Shown here: positions 9,198-18,860 of the stretch, one piece after another
How the letters are laid out: every line of letters begins with the position of its first letter
Position numbering within the stretch: the first letter of the stretch is position 1
Assembly: GCA_011389745.1 (NCBI GenBank)
Contig: JAABTQ010000008.1
Span: 61,497-125,496 of the forward strand
Source: Desulfobacteraceae bacterium
GTDB taxonomy: Bacteria > Desulfobacterota > Desulfobacteria > Desulfobacterales > SKZT01
DNA: 64,000 nt
Reading direction: 5' to 3'
The notes under the pieces: generated by a model
What the model saw: the letters and a program-made list of their open reading frames with translations, nothing else
Told to the model about the DNA's origin: nothing
Database searches by the model: none
Made by a program: the position numbers and the translations under genes

Positions 9198-11684
9198 ATG
9201 ATGACCGAATGGGATAAACAATCCAGGGATGCCATTGAACTCCAAAACCGTGCCGAAGAAATAGCACGGCAAAAATCAGCAGGAGCCCCGGATAATACCC
9301 GTGAGTCTGGGCCTGAAGAAACCCTGCGGATACACCACCAACTGCAGGTTCACCAGATCGAACTGGAGATGCAGAACGAGGAACTGCGCCGGACCCAGAA
9401 GGTGCTGGACACTTCCCGGGCACGTTATTTTGATCTCTACAATTTGGCTCCCGTGGGCTATTGCACCATCTCCGAAAAGGGATTGATCCTGGAAGCCAAC
9501 CTCACCGTCGCCAACCTCCTGAATGTGACGCGGGCTGAGCTGATCAAGCAACCAATCACCCGGTTTATCCTTACGGAGGATCAGGACCTCTGGTACCTGC
9601 ACCGCAAACAGATTTTTGAAACCGGCGAACCACAAACGTGTGAGCTGAGGATGGCAAGGAAGGACAGTCCGCCCTTTTGGGCGCGGATGGAAGCGACTGC
9701 TGCGCAGGATGAAAACGGCAAAACCGTCTGCCGTGTTGTGATTAGCGATATTTCCAAGGACAAGCAAGCGGTCGACGCGCTGATATTTGCAAGAGCTCAG
9801 TTAATAGCAATTTTGGAAAGCATTCCCGCTGTAGTCAATATCATAGATCCACAGACACATGAAATTTTATTTATGAACAAGTATGCCATTGACTTATATG
9901 GCTTAGATGGTACCGGAAAACAATGTTACGAAGTATTTCACAATTATCAAACACCATGTGCTTTTTGTAATAATTTGGAATTGTTTAAAAAGGGGGAAAG
10001 TGAAAAAATTCAGTGGGAAAATTACAGCAAAGCCTTTGATCGCTATTTCATGACCACCAACCGATTGATAAGATGGCCTGACAGGCGCAAAGTAAAGTTT
10101 ATACTGTCCATCGACATTACCGAACGAAAGCAGGCAGAAGAAGCCCTTCGTCAAAGTGAAGAGGATTACCGCCAGTTGTTTGAAGTAGGATCTGATGCCA
10201 TCTTTCTCATCGACAACGAAACCGGCAATATTTTGCAGGCCAACAGTGCCGCATGCAAGATTTATGGCTACTCTAGTGAAGAATTGTTAACCATGAAAAA
10301 TACTGACCTGTCTGCTGAACCCGAACAGACCCGGAAAATTTCCAGGGAAATACTGCCTGTTGCCGAGCAGATGGTGACCGTTCCATTGCGCCGGCACCGC
10401 AGCAAGAACGGAAAGTGTTTTCCGGTTGAGATTACCGCACGTTCCTTTCTTCGGGAAGGACGTCCGGTGCATATCGCGGCGATCCGCGATATATCCGAGC
10501 GTAAACGGGCCGAGGAGGAACATGAGAAGTTGCAGGCACGGTTGAATCAGGCCCAGAAGATGGAGTCGGTGGGTCGGTTGGCAGGAGGTGTCGCCCACGA
10601 TTTCAATAATATGCTCAGTGTGATCATTGGTAACACCGAGCTTGTCATGGACAAGACGGCACCGGGTGATTCGCTTCACAACCTTCTTCAGGAAATCCTC
10701 AATGCCGCGAAACGTTCCACAGAGATTACCCGGCAGTTACTGGCTTTTGCACGTAAACAGATTATCTCGCCCAAAGCCCTCGATTTGAATGAAACGGTCG
10801 AGGGGATGCTTAAGATGCTTCGGCGCCTTATCGGTGAGGATATAAACCTGACCTGGCTTCCGGCAATGAATTTGTGGCCTGTTAGGATGGACCCGTCGCA
10901 AATCGATCAGATTCTGGCCAACCTGTGCGTCAATGCCAGGGATGCCATTACGGGTGTTGGCAATCTCATAATTGAAACTGAAAATGTCTGTTTTGACGAG
11001 AGCTATTGCGTTGGTCAGGATGGATTTGTCCCCGGTGATTATGTGCTTCTGGCAGTCAGTGATAATGGGTGCGGCATGGACAAGAAGACACTGAGCAATC
11101 TGTTTGAACCCTTTTTCACCACCAAGGACGTGGACAAGGGTACCGGATTGGGACTTGCCATGATTTACGGCATTGTCCAACAAAACAAAGGATTCATCAA
11201 TGTTTATAGTGAACCTGAAAAGGGTACCACTTTCAAAATTTATCTTCCCCGGTATCAAGTTGCTCCGGAAACAATCCCCAAAAAAAAAGATCCTGAGACG
11301 TCCAATGCGCGGGGAAGTGAAACCATCCTGCTGGTGGAGGACGATCCGGCGATTCTGAAAATAACGAGCCTAATGCTTGATCGTCTTGGCTATACCGTTC
11401 TGACGGCAATAAGTCCTGGTGATGCCATCCGCTTGGCCGGGGCACATGCAGGCCGTATTGATCTGCTCGTTACCGATGTGGTCATGCCTGAGATGAACGG
11501 GCGGGACTTGGCCAAACAACTGACGGCGCTTTACCCGAATCTCAAGATCCTGTTCATGTCCGGCTATACGGCCAACGTGATTGCCCACCATGGAGTATTG
11601 GACACAGGGGTGCATTTTGTACACAAACCCTTTACTATAAGAGATATTGCCGGCAAGGTGCGCCAGGCCCTGGAAAGGGTGTGA
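9198..11684 (+). CDS. Hybrid sensor histidine kinase/response regulator with multiple PAS domains
   Basis: 828 aa. It has PAS repeats, an H-box (GGVAHDFNNML), N/G boxes (CVNARDA, DNGCGM, GTGLGL), and a C-terminal receiver (LLVEDD...DLLVTDVVMPEMNG...K). Confidence 0.85.
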   Translation: MMTEWDKQSRDAIELQNRAEEIARQKSAGAPDNTRESGPEETLRIHHQLQVHQIELEMQNEELRRTQKVLDTSRARYFDLYNLAPVGYCTISEKGLILEANLTVANLLNVTRAELIKQPITRFILTEDQDLWYLHRKQIFETGEPQTCELRMARKDSPPFWARMEATAAQDENGKTVCRVVISDISKDKQAVDALIFARAQLIAILESIPAVVNIIDPQTHEILFMNKYAIDLYGLDGTGKQCYEVFHNYQTPCAFCNNLELFKKGESEKIQWENYSKAFDRYFMTTNRLIRWPDRRKVKFILSIDITERKQAEEALRQSEEDYRQLFEVGSDAIFLIDNETGNILQANSAACKIYGYSSEELLTMKNTDLSAEPEQTRKISREILPVAEQMVTVPLRRHRSKNGKCFPVEITARSFLREGRPVHIAAIRDISERKRAEEEHEKLQARLNQAQKMESVGRLAGGVAHDFNNMLSVIIGNTELVMDKTAPGDSLHNLLQEILNAAKRSTEITRQLLAFARKQIISPKALDLNETVEGMLKMLRRLIGEDINLTWLPAMNLWPVRMDPSQIDQILANLCVNARDAITGVGNLIIETENVCFDESYCVGQDGFVPGDYVLLAVSDNGCGMDKKTLSNLFEPFFTTKDVDKGTGLGLAMIYGIVQQNKGFINVYSEPEKGTTFKIYLPRYQVAPETIPKKKDPETSNARGSETILLVEDDPAILKITSLMLDRLGYTVLTAISPGDAIRLAGAHAGRIDLLVTDVVMPEMNGRDLAKQLTALYPNLKILFMSGYTANVIAHHGVLDTGVHFVHKPFTIRDIAGKVRQALERV

Positions 11685-11704
11685 TTTTTTGAAATTAATT
11701 CCAA

Positions 11705-13192
11705 TTACTTGAAAGGATCCCATCGTATGGTCTGTTTTTCATAAGCAGGCGGAAAAAGTTTTAAAAATTCGTCATAATAATACAGCTCTTTAAAAGTTGC
11801 AAAACGAAGCCCATATGCAGCTTTTGGCCTTCTGGTGATTTCCTCGGGGTCGATCTTTGCTGCGACAATATCATCCATTACATCATCCATGCCGGTTCCC
11901 ATGGCAAACCGCAACTTTTCCCGGTTGGCGATTTTTTCCGGAAGCATATCCCGGAAAGCCTCTCTTAATACAAATTTTTCAACCTGTTTTTCGCCGTAAA
12001 TTTTCCATTTCATGGGTATTTTTTCGGCAAAAGCAACCACACGGGTATCCAGAAATGGTGTCTTGTAAACCACGCTGTTGGCCATCCAACTGCGATCCAT
12101 CCTTCTTAGTGCCGTGTTGTAAGCAATATCCAGCAACTTTTTGGCCAGCCGCTCCCTTTGTTCCGGGCTTTTAACCTTTGGATTTTTCAGAACCATTCGG
12201 TATCCTCCGAACAATTCGTCCGCCCCTTCTCCAACCAGAACCGCATCGCTGTATTCTTTGACTTTTTTGGATACATAATAATTGGAAAGAATTCCGGAAA
12301 CGCAATCTTCATCAAAACTTTCCAGATACCAGATCGCTTGAGGAATAATATCTTTAATGTCATCATCGGTAATTTCATAAACATAATGCTCCAGACCCAG
12401 AAAGTCTGCCATTAATTTTGCATTTTCCAGGTCCGGGCCCTGTGCTCGCTGAACAGTGCCGGTAAACAGTTTTATGTTCGGATTAAACCCTTTGGCAATG
12501 GCGGCAATAATCGAACTGTCAAGACCGCCACTGAGCGATATGGCATTGGCATCATCCATCCGCCTTCTTACCGCATCAATGAGCAGTTCTCTTAATATTT
12601 TTGCAGCCTCCTGAACATTATCACCCGGGTCGGGCACATCCGGTTTAAAAGTCTGAAACTTTTTCAACCCGTCATATGAACTGTACATATGTCCGGGTGG
12701 AAGTTCATGGATATCAAACTGAACATGATCTTTTAATCCTTTCATTTCACTGCTGAAAAAAAAGACTTCGCCTTTCCATCCGTAAAAAAGGGGCCTGGCC
12801 CCGACACCGTCTCTTGCCAGAACCACTTCGTCATCTTTTTCAATAATGGCACAAACAAAACTGCCATCGATGTGAGAAAAGCAATCCCGTTCATATTTTT
12901 GATGAAGATCCATAAACAGATCAATGTCTCTCTGGGTTTGGTCGGAACGTTCGTTAAAAATTTTGCCGTCGAACAATATGTAGGGAGCATCCTCCAGGCA
13001 TGAGCAAATGGTTCTTTCCGGAGACAGGTTGATTTCATTTACCCCCACTGCGCCGCGATAATCAGGGATTGAACGAATACTCGAATTATCCGGGCCCCTG
13101 TGGCGCATGTCCTTGAGCATTTTGCCCACAATCTGAGCAGAATCGTCATCTATTTTACCATGTTGCGAAACCATTCCGGCTAAACTGGCCAT
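11705..13192 (-). CDS. Asparagine synthase (AsnB)-family protein with a non-canonical N-terminus
   Basis: PP-loop SLSGGLDSS and an AsnB-like C-domain. The start is set at ATG 13192 (MASLAGMV...), 7 nt after GGAGG. The ORF-track start at 13294 has no SD. Confidence 0.75.
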   Translation of the reverse strand: MASLAGMVSQHGKIDDDSAQIVGKMLKDMRHRGPDNSSIRSIPDYRGAVGVNEINLSPERTICSCLEDAPYILFDGKIFNERSDQTQRDIDLFMDLHQKYERDCFSHIDGSFVCAIIEKDDEVVLARDGVGARPLFYGWKGEVFFFSSEMKGLKDHVQFDIHELPPGHMYSSYDGLKKFQTFKPDVPDPGDNVQEAAKILRELLIDAVRRRMDDANAISLSGGLDSSIIAAIAKGFNPNIKLFTGTVQRAQGPDLENAKLMADFLGLEHYVYEITDDDIKDIIPQAIWYLESFDEDCVSGILSNYYVSKKVKEYSDAVLVGEGADELFGGYRMVLKNPKVKSPEQRERLAKKLLDIAYNTALRRMDRSWMANSVVYKTPFLDTRVVAFAEKIPMKWKIYGEKQVEKFVLREAFRDMLPEKIANREKLRFAMGTGMDDVMDDIVAAKIDPEEITRRPKAAYGLRFATFKELYYYDEFLKLFPPAYEKQTIRWDPFK

Positions 13193-13258
13193 TTTGTACC
13201 TCCTCCGGTGTTTGTTTTTTTTATTGATTAGTTTAACTAATATATTATTATGTGGAAT

Positions 13259-13287
13259 AGTATGAATTAAAATAAAATGAATGTCAA
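13259..13287 (-). promoter_or_regulatory. Putative sigma70 promoter of the asnB-like gene
   Basis: Minus strand: TTGACA (13287-13282), 17 nt, CATACT (13264-13259). Confidence 0.4.
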
Positions 13288-13300
13288 CGAACAATATGAA

Positions 13301-13488
13301 ACCGGATCAAGTCCGGCATGACGGAGAACTTTGGACTGTCGAAATAGTAATTCTGGTGAAAACACTTTGCCTGTCTTCTGAGCGAAGCAAAGAATCTCAG
13401 ACAGGGGGAGTGTTCAGTTTTAGGAATGGAAGGTATGAACTCAGAACTTGTCATTCTGAGCGCAGTGAAGAATCTCAGAGTAGTCCGG
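13301..13488. repeat. Cluster of short palindromic dispersed repeats
   Basis: 13301-13342 recurs inverted at 33477-33517 with about 3 mismatches. There are two direct copies of GTC(T/A)TTCTGAGCG.AG..AAGAATCTCAGA (13381-13410, 13458-13488), each with a TCTGAG/CTCAGA stem. Confidence 0.7.
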
Positions 13489-13513
13489 ATGATTATTACA
13501 AACTGCGGGCTTT

Positions 13514-13950
13514 TTAATATTCCAGCGGAAATCGCTTAAAGACTATTGCTTCAAAGTCCTCTTTACATTGTATCGGATACGCCATTTCGAATAATTCGCG
13601 ACACCATTTGCAAATGTCGTTGTGATACTGATGAGAAATGGATTGAGTCTCGTACAGATAATCCGCAAAAAAGAAAATGGCATTGAGCATTCCGAAAAAG
13701 CCTATACTGTTTACGCTGAGTAAACCACGGGATAGTTTAACCGCGGTCAATTCGTTAGCTTTCCGGCAAATGTCCACCAAATAGGTTTTCCCATGTTTTG
13801 GGTCATCGCGGTTGCATGGTTTTCAACAAATTTAAAGTCATCACGGAGTTCGGAGAGTTTCTGTTTGCTCCGTTTAGTCCACGTTTTAGAGGTTTTTTCA
13901 TTTAAATTCGGATGCTGGGCACATTCAAGTTCGTTATTTAAATGGGCAAT
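13514..13950 (-). pseudogene. Decayed gene remnant of unknown family (frame-shifted reading frames)
   Basis: Two minus-strand frames abut near 13785. One reads ...SELRDDFKFVENHATAMTQNMGKP. The other reads ...HGKTYLVDICRKANELTAVKLSRG...FKRFPLEY*. There is no ATG/SD for either piece. Confidence 0.3.
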
Positions 13951-14188
13951 TCGACGTTAGAATGAATGAAATTGCCGGAAAATTATAGTTGGATACCTTC
14001 AAATACGTGCCTATTTGTTCTTTTAGCTTGATCTTGACGCAGATAGGTGACAAAAGTTCTTGTGGCCTGTCATGAAGAGTACGACGGTATCGACAAAATA
14101 TGTTCCGAGCGTTGGGGCGCATGGGATCTGGCGGCATGGGCCGAGGAAACATTGCTGAATATGAAACTTGAAACATGATATAATCAGG

Positions 14189-15784
14189 TTATTTTGTTTC
14201 AAAAGATACCCCGGAGCTTGTCTCTGAGACTGATTTAAAATATTGAATCATGTTTCGGATATCCTGAACCTTCAAAACGGAATTGGCTGAAAACAGTCCA
14301 TTTTTCATGTCGGCTGAATAGGAGATTTTTCCCATGTCAGGCAGTGGGCCGGAAGCGGAGAGTTCCGGTATTATATTTTTCAATGTTTTGAAATAGCTTG
14401 TCATATCCATTTCAAACCACGCCATGGGACCGTTTAGAGGTTCCTGTTTCAGATTCTTTGCCGTTCTTATCAATTCAGCAATCCTGACATCATCGGGAGC
14501 GATCAAAAAAAGGTTATCGATTACAGTCATTCTCATCTCATAAGAAATCATATTCATATCTTGCCCTGACCCTGTAAGTTGTCCCCTGGTGGGTGGTAAT
14601 AACGGAAAATGAATATTGACTCCGACCACTCTGTGTCCGGAGACCTGACTATCCTGGGTTCGATGATAGATGGGACCAATATTATCGCCCGATTGTTGTT
14701 CCAGCATTTTTTGGATGGCATTATTGTAGTTTTTTAACCATGGAAAGAAGGTGGTTTCGAAAAAATTCGGGGAATTTTGATTGGTTTTTAAGACGGTGAT
14801 AGCCTCAAAACTAGCACCGGTGATGTCGTAATTCATTCCCCCGGCTGTTTCACCCGTAAAATGATCCGTTATGCTGGTAAGTTCTTTAAAATCCATCCCC
14901 ATTTGCTGATATATTTTTCCAAAGAGCTGATCCACAAGGTTTAACATTCCGGTCATATCATACCGGGCCATTTTATAATTCATCTGATATGTCGGTGTAT
15001 ACCTGCTCAATATCGTTTTTTGAGTATTCGGAGAAAAAAGCTTGCCAACGGGGGTATTCTCTATTGCCTGAATTTCCATGGAAGCAGTAATGATTTCCGG
15101 AGCCAGGTTGAGCCCTAAGGAAAATGTTTCCAATTGTGCTGCCACCCCCATCAGATTGTTGACCATTTCCTGTATATCCCCGGAAGAAAAGCCTTGCTCC
15201 CCTTCTTGAGGAGCAGGTTGAGTATTTTGCAAGTCCATCAGCATACTCCGAATCTGTGGCTCACTTTTTTTAAGAACCTGATCAACGCCAATTTTCAAGG
15301 CGATTGATTTGTTTGCTATCTTATTGGACTCAGCCGATAAGATCTTTTCATTTGCTTTTGAAAAATTAATTTCCCGGCCGGGTGGAAGCGACACCAGATA
15401 GTGATTCGGTCCTGAAGATGCGTTGAACATACTTTTAAATAGTTCGTTCGGTTTTTGAAACGGAATCAGGACAACTGCCAAAGGTTGCGTTTCATGCAAT
15501 TGCATGGCGATAACAACCGATCGACGGGGATCAATCCAATCAGTTCCCTGTAGCATTGCTCTGAGCATAGCGGTTGGGGACTTTTCAGGCTGCTGTTTAT
15601 CGGTACCGGACACATCGTCGATAATGTCTAAAGTTTCATCCAGCTTTTCAATCTTTAAAATAATGTCCCACTGGGCCTCATTGGTGACTTGTGTGTAAGA
15701 AACATCAATGCCGGATAAAAAAAACAAGAAAAATAAAAATGATATGATTTTGAAAACAGAACGTTGAAACGGGTTAATTTTCAT
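14189..15784 (-). CDS. Secreted/exported protein of unknown function
   Basis: Start set at ATG 15784 (MKINPFQRSVFKIISFLFFLFFLSG..., a signal-peptide-like N-terminus) after a GGAG SD. I recognise no family. Confidence 0.6.
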   Translation of the reverse strand: MKINPFQRSVFKIISFLFFLFFLSGIDVSYTQVTNEAQWDIILKIEKLDETLDIIDDVSGTDKQQPEKSPTAMLRAMLQGTDWIDPRRSVVIAMQLHETQPLAVVLIPFQKPNELFKSMFNASSGPNHYLVSLPPGREINFSKANEKILSAESNKIANKSIALKIGVDQVLKKSEPQIRSMLMDLQNTQPAPQEGEQGFSSGDIQEMVNNLMGVAAQLETFSLGLNLAPEIITASMEIQAIENTPVGKLFSPNTQKTILSRYTPTYQMNYKMARYDMTGMLNLVDQLFGKIYQQMGMDFKELTSITDHFTGETAGGMNYDITGASFEAITVLKTNQNSPNFFETTFFPWLKNYNNAIQKMLEQQSGDNIGPIYHRTQDSQVSGHRVVGVNIHFPLLPPTRGQLTGSGQDMNMISYEMRMTVIDNLFLIAPDDVRIAELIRTAKNLKQEPLNGPMAWFEMDMTSYFKTLKNIIPELSASGPLPDMGKISYSADMKNGLFSANSVLKVQDIRNMIQYFKSVSETSSGVSFETK

Positions 15785-15933
15785 TTTAAGCTCCTGAGGC
15801 TGATGGATTTGCATGCAATGGCATAAGGTTGTAACCGCTTGTGAATCTTCTGAAATTTTTCTATTATAGAGACAAAAATGTTTTGATGTCAAATTTTAGA
15901 TCCATCCATTTGACTTTAAAAGGAATTGATTCG

Positions 15934-18525
15934 ATGACACATTATTCTCACGTGAGCACCGGCTGGGAAAGTCTGGATAAAATTATCGATCACCTGCGAA
16001 AAGGCGATAATGTAGTGTGGCAGGTAGACAATATCGATGATTACCAAAGATTGATATGTCCTTTTGTGAATCATGCCATCTCAAAAAATGAACAGGTAGT
16101 TTATATCAGATTTGCCCGTCATATTCCTCTTCTGGAAGAAAGAAATAACCTGAAGATCTATTACCTGAAGGTGGATAACGGGTTTGAATCTTTTTCCACG
16201 GAAGTCCATGGAATCATCACCAGGGAGGGAAAAGATGTTTTTTATGTTTTTGATTCCTTGTCTGATTTGCTTCATGTATGGGCCACCGATCTGATGATTG
16301 GGGATTTTTTTTATATTACCTGTCCTTATCTTTTTGAATTAAATACCATCGCCTATTTTGCAATCCAGAGAAACCGTCATTCCTTCAAAGCGATTGCCCG
16401 TATCAGGGAAACAACACAGGTGCTCATTGATGTGTACAGTTACAAAAGAAAAATCTGCATTCATCCGTTAAAGGTAGAGCATCGCTATTCACCCACCATG
16501 TTTTTTCCACATATAAAAGAAAAAGGTGAGCTGGTGCCTGTCATCAACAGTGTGGAGGCCACAAAATTATTCACCTACCTGTCACGCAATAATTCCGTAA
16601 CCGCCCATCGACACCTGGATTACTGGGACCGCCTTTTTATGCGGGCGAAAAAACTTCTGGAATCGAAAGCCTCTGAGGATGAAAAACTCGATATGGTGGA
16701 ACAGTTAAGTCGTCTGTTACTGAGCCGCAACAAAAGAATTCTTGCATTGATCAGAAATTATCTCACCTTGGAAGACATGCTTCATATCAAGGAAAGACTG
16801 ATCGGAACCGGATTTATCGGTGGCAAATCCCTGGGAATGCTTTTATCCAGAAAAATTCTCATTCATGATAACTCGCTTAGATGGGATGATATTCTGGAGC
16901 ATCATGATTCATTTTATATCGGATCCGATGTTTTTTATTCCTATATTGTGCAAAACGGCTGGTGGAAGCTTTTCATGGCGCATAAGACAAAAGAGGGATA
17001 TTTTTCAAAGGCAAGTGAGTTGAAGCAACGGATGCTGACAGGAGTATTTCCGGAAGAAATCAAGGAACAGTTTCAACTCATGCTGGAATACTTTGGCCAA
17101 TCCCCGATTATTGTTCGGTCCAGCAGCCTATTGGAAGATGCTTTCGGGAGTGCATTTTCAGGAAAATATGAAAGTTTTTTTTGTGTGAATCAGGGGGCTC
17201 CGGAAAAAAGATATGAAAATTTCGAAGACGCAGTGAAAAAAATATTTGCCGGCACTATGAATGAAGATGCACTTGCTTATCGTTTGCAACGAGGGCTTGA
17301 TCAAATGGACGAACAGATGGCTCTTCTGGTTCAGCGGGTATCCGGTGCATACCGCAAAAACTATTTTTTCCCTGAACTTGCCGGTGTGGGCCTTTCACAT
17401 AATCCATTTGTATGGAGAAAAGGCATGGATGCCAAAGCCGGGATGCTGCGACTTGTTTTTGGATTGGGGACCCGAGCTGTCAATCGGGTGGAAAATGATT
17501 ATCCGAGAATTGTCGCCATGGATGAACCCCTGGTAAGACCATTATCGGGAATGAAAGATATCAAAAAGTTTTCTCAACATTTTGTTGATATACTTAATCT
17601 GGAAAAAAATCGGATAGAAAGCATGCCGTTGTCCGAGCTGACAAAAAAAGATTTAAATACCAAACTGGAACTAATCGGCGTCAGGGATATCGAAGCGGAA
17701 GAAAGTTTGAAAGCGTTGGGAAAATCGCCAACTGAGATTTGGGTGCTGACTTTTGATATTTTTTTAACCACGACATCCTTTACTTCCGTAATGGAAAGAA
17801 TGCTGAAAACAATAGAAAATAAGTACATGAATCCTGTCGATATAGAATTTACGGTCAATTTTAATCAGAAGGACGAGATCCGAATCAACCTGCTTCAGTG
17901 CAGACCCTTGCAGACCATCGGACAAAGTATCAATGTGGAAATGCCCACTCAGGTTAATCCTGAAAAAATAATGATCCGGACTGAAGGAAGCTTTATGGGA
18001 GGAAATGTTTCCTTGGCGGTTTCATGTGTGATTTTTGTCGATCCTGAAAATTACACCGGGCTTTCTGTTTCTGAAAAATACAGTATAGCTCGCCTGATCG
18101 GCAAACTCAACAAAAGGATAGTGGATCGGGAGAAATTGCCGACGTTACTGTTGGGACCCGGAAGGTGGGGGACCCATTCACCGGCAATGGGAGTTCCCGT
18201 CACTTTTTCTGAAATCAACAATATTGCCGCTATTGCAGAAATCAGCTACCAGGACGGAAGCCTGATACCGGATTTATCGTTCGGGACACACTTTTTTCAG
18301 GATCTTGTGGAGACAAATATTTTCTATCTTGCCGTATATCCTGAAAATCCGCAGGTAATTTTTAACAGGCACTGGTTTCATCAATTGCCCAATATTCTCG
18401 AAAACATCAGCCCTGCTGATGCCTGTTTCGGCAATGTTGTAAAGGTCGGAGATACCAACGGTAAAGGGTTGACCCTTCGCTCCAACGTGGTCACCCAACA
18501 GATGGTTTGTTACCTGTCGGCGTGA
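15934..18525 (+). CDS. PEP/pyruvate-binding (PPDK_N, ATP-grasp) domain protein with a KaiC/RecA-like N-domain lacking a P-loop
   Basis: Central IGGKSLGML...VRSSSLLEDAFGSAFSGKYESF matches the PPDK/PEP-synthase nucleotide-binding domain. The N-terminal ~210 aa resemble a KaiC-like fold (TGWESLDKII..GDNVVWQVD) but have no GxxGxGKT. ATG 15934 is preferred over GTG 15841. Confidence 0.75.
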   Translation: MTHYSHVSTGWESLDKIIDHLRKGDNVVWQVDNIDDYQRLICPFVNHAISKNEQVVYIRFARHIPLLEERNNLKIYYLKVDNGFESFSTEVHGIITREGKDVFYVFDSLSDLLHVWATDLMIGDFFYITCPYLFELNTIAYFAIQRNRHSFKAIARIRETTQVLIDVYSYKRKICIHPLKVEHRYSPTMFFPHIKEKGELVPVINSVEATKLFTYLSRNNSVTAHRHLDYWDRLFMRAKKLLESKASEDEKLDMVEQLSRLLLSRNKRILALIRNYLTLEDMLHIKERLIGTGFIGGKSLGMLLSRKILIHDNSLRWDDILEHHDSFYIGSDVFYSYIVQNGWWKLFMAHKTKEGYFSKASELKQRMLTGVFPEEIKEQFQLMLEYFGQSPIIVRSSSLLEDAFGSAFSGKYESFFCVNQGAPEKRYENFEDAVKKIFAGTMNEDALAYRLQRGLDQMDEQMALLVQRVSGAYRKNYFFPELAGVGLSHNPFVWRKGMDAKAGMLRLVFGLGTRAVNRVENDYPRIVAMDEPLVRPLSGMKDIKKFSQHFVDILNLEKNRIESMPLSELTKKDLNTKLELIGVRDIEAEESLKALGKSPTEIWVLTFDIFLTTTSFTSVMERMLKTIENKYMNPVDIEFTVNFNQKDEIRINLLQCRPLQTIGQSINVEMPTQVNPEKIMIRTEGSFMGGNVSLAVSCVIFVDPENYTGLSVSEKYSIARLIGKLNKRIVDREKLPTLLLGPGRWGTHSPAMGVPVTFSEINNIAAIAEISYQDGSLIPDLSFGTHFFQDLVETNIFYLAVYPENPQVIFNRHWFHQLPNILENISPADACFGNVVKVGDTNGKGLTLRSNVVTQQMVCYLSA

Positions 18526-18701
18526 CTCCAATGCTAAGCCCCCAGGCTACGCCGGAGAATTGTTTTCTGGCACACAATCATTGGGCGACGAAGAACCTTT
18601 CCATGCCTGGTCGAAACCGGAGATTCTTCAGTCGCCGTGGTTTCCGGCTGCACATCGGAAACTATTGTGTTTCCGGGCTTTGTCCCACTTTCGTGTCGCT
18701 C

Positions 18702-18740
18702 CCTCAGAATGACAAACCCCCAGCCGATGTCATTCTGAGG
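18702..18740. repeat. Perfect 12-bp-stem palindrome related to the 13.4-kb repeats
   Basis: CCTCAGAATGAC (18702-18713), 15 nt, GTCATTCTGAGG (18729-18740). It shares GTCATTCTGAG with 13458-13468. Confidence 0.6.
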
Positions 18741-18805
18741 AGGCCGACAACACCACCTGTCAGTTACTTATTTTAAAGGGTTGGGGAGGGAAAGATAATT
18801 CTGAC

Positions 18806-18834
18806 TTGACAATACAAATTGATGTAATTACAAT
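18806..18834 (+). promoter_or_regulatory. Near-consensus sigma70 promoter of mazEF with overlapping palindrome
   Basis: TTGACA (18806-18811), 17 nt, TACAAT (18829-18834). The perfect palindrome TGTAATTACA (18823-18832) overlaps the -10. Confidence 0.55.
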
Positions 18835-18860
18835 GTGCACACTTTATAGGAGGTGACACA

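Noticed and set aside
13381-13488. Possible CRISPR array
   Set aside because: There are only two imperfect ~30-bp copies, each internally palindromic, and related copies are scattered elsewhere. There are no regular spacers and no cas genes. I treat it as a REP-like repeat.
13281-13517. 78-aa ORF (..CHSERSEESQ..) and the similar 89-aa ORF at 18507..18776
   Set aside because: Both run through the short dispersed palindromic repeats in intergenic DNA. They have no SD and no protein-like composition.
13785-13800. P-loop-like HGKTYL in the 13.8-kb remnant
   Set aside because: Only GKT is present, without the preceding GxxxxG context, and the frame opens just upstream after a stop. That is not enough to call an ATPase.
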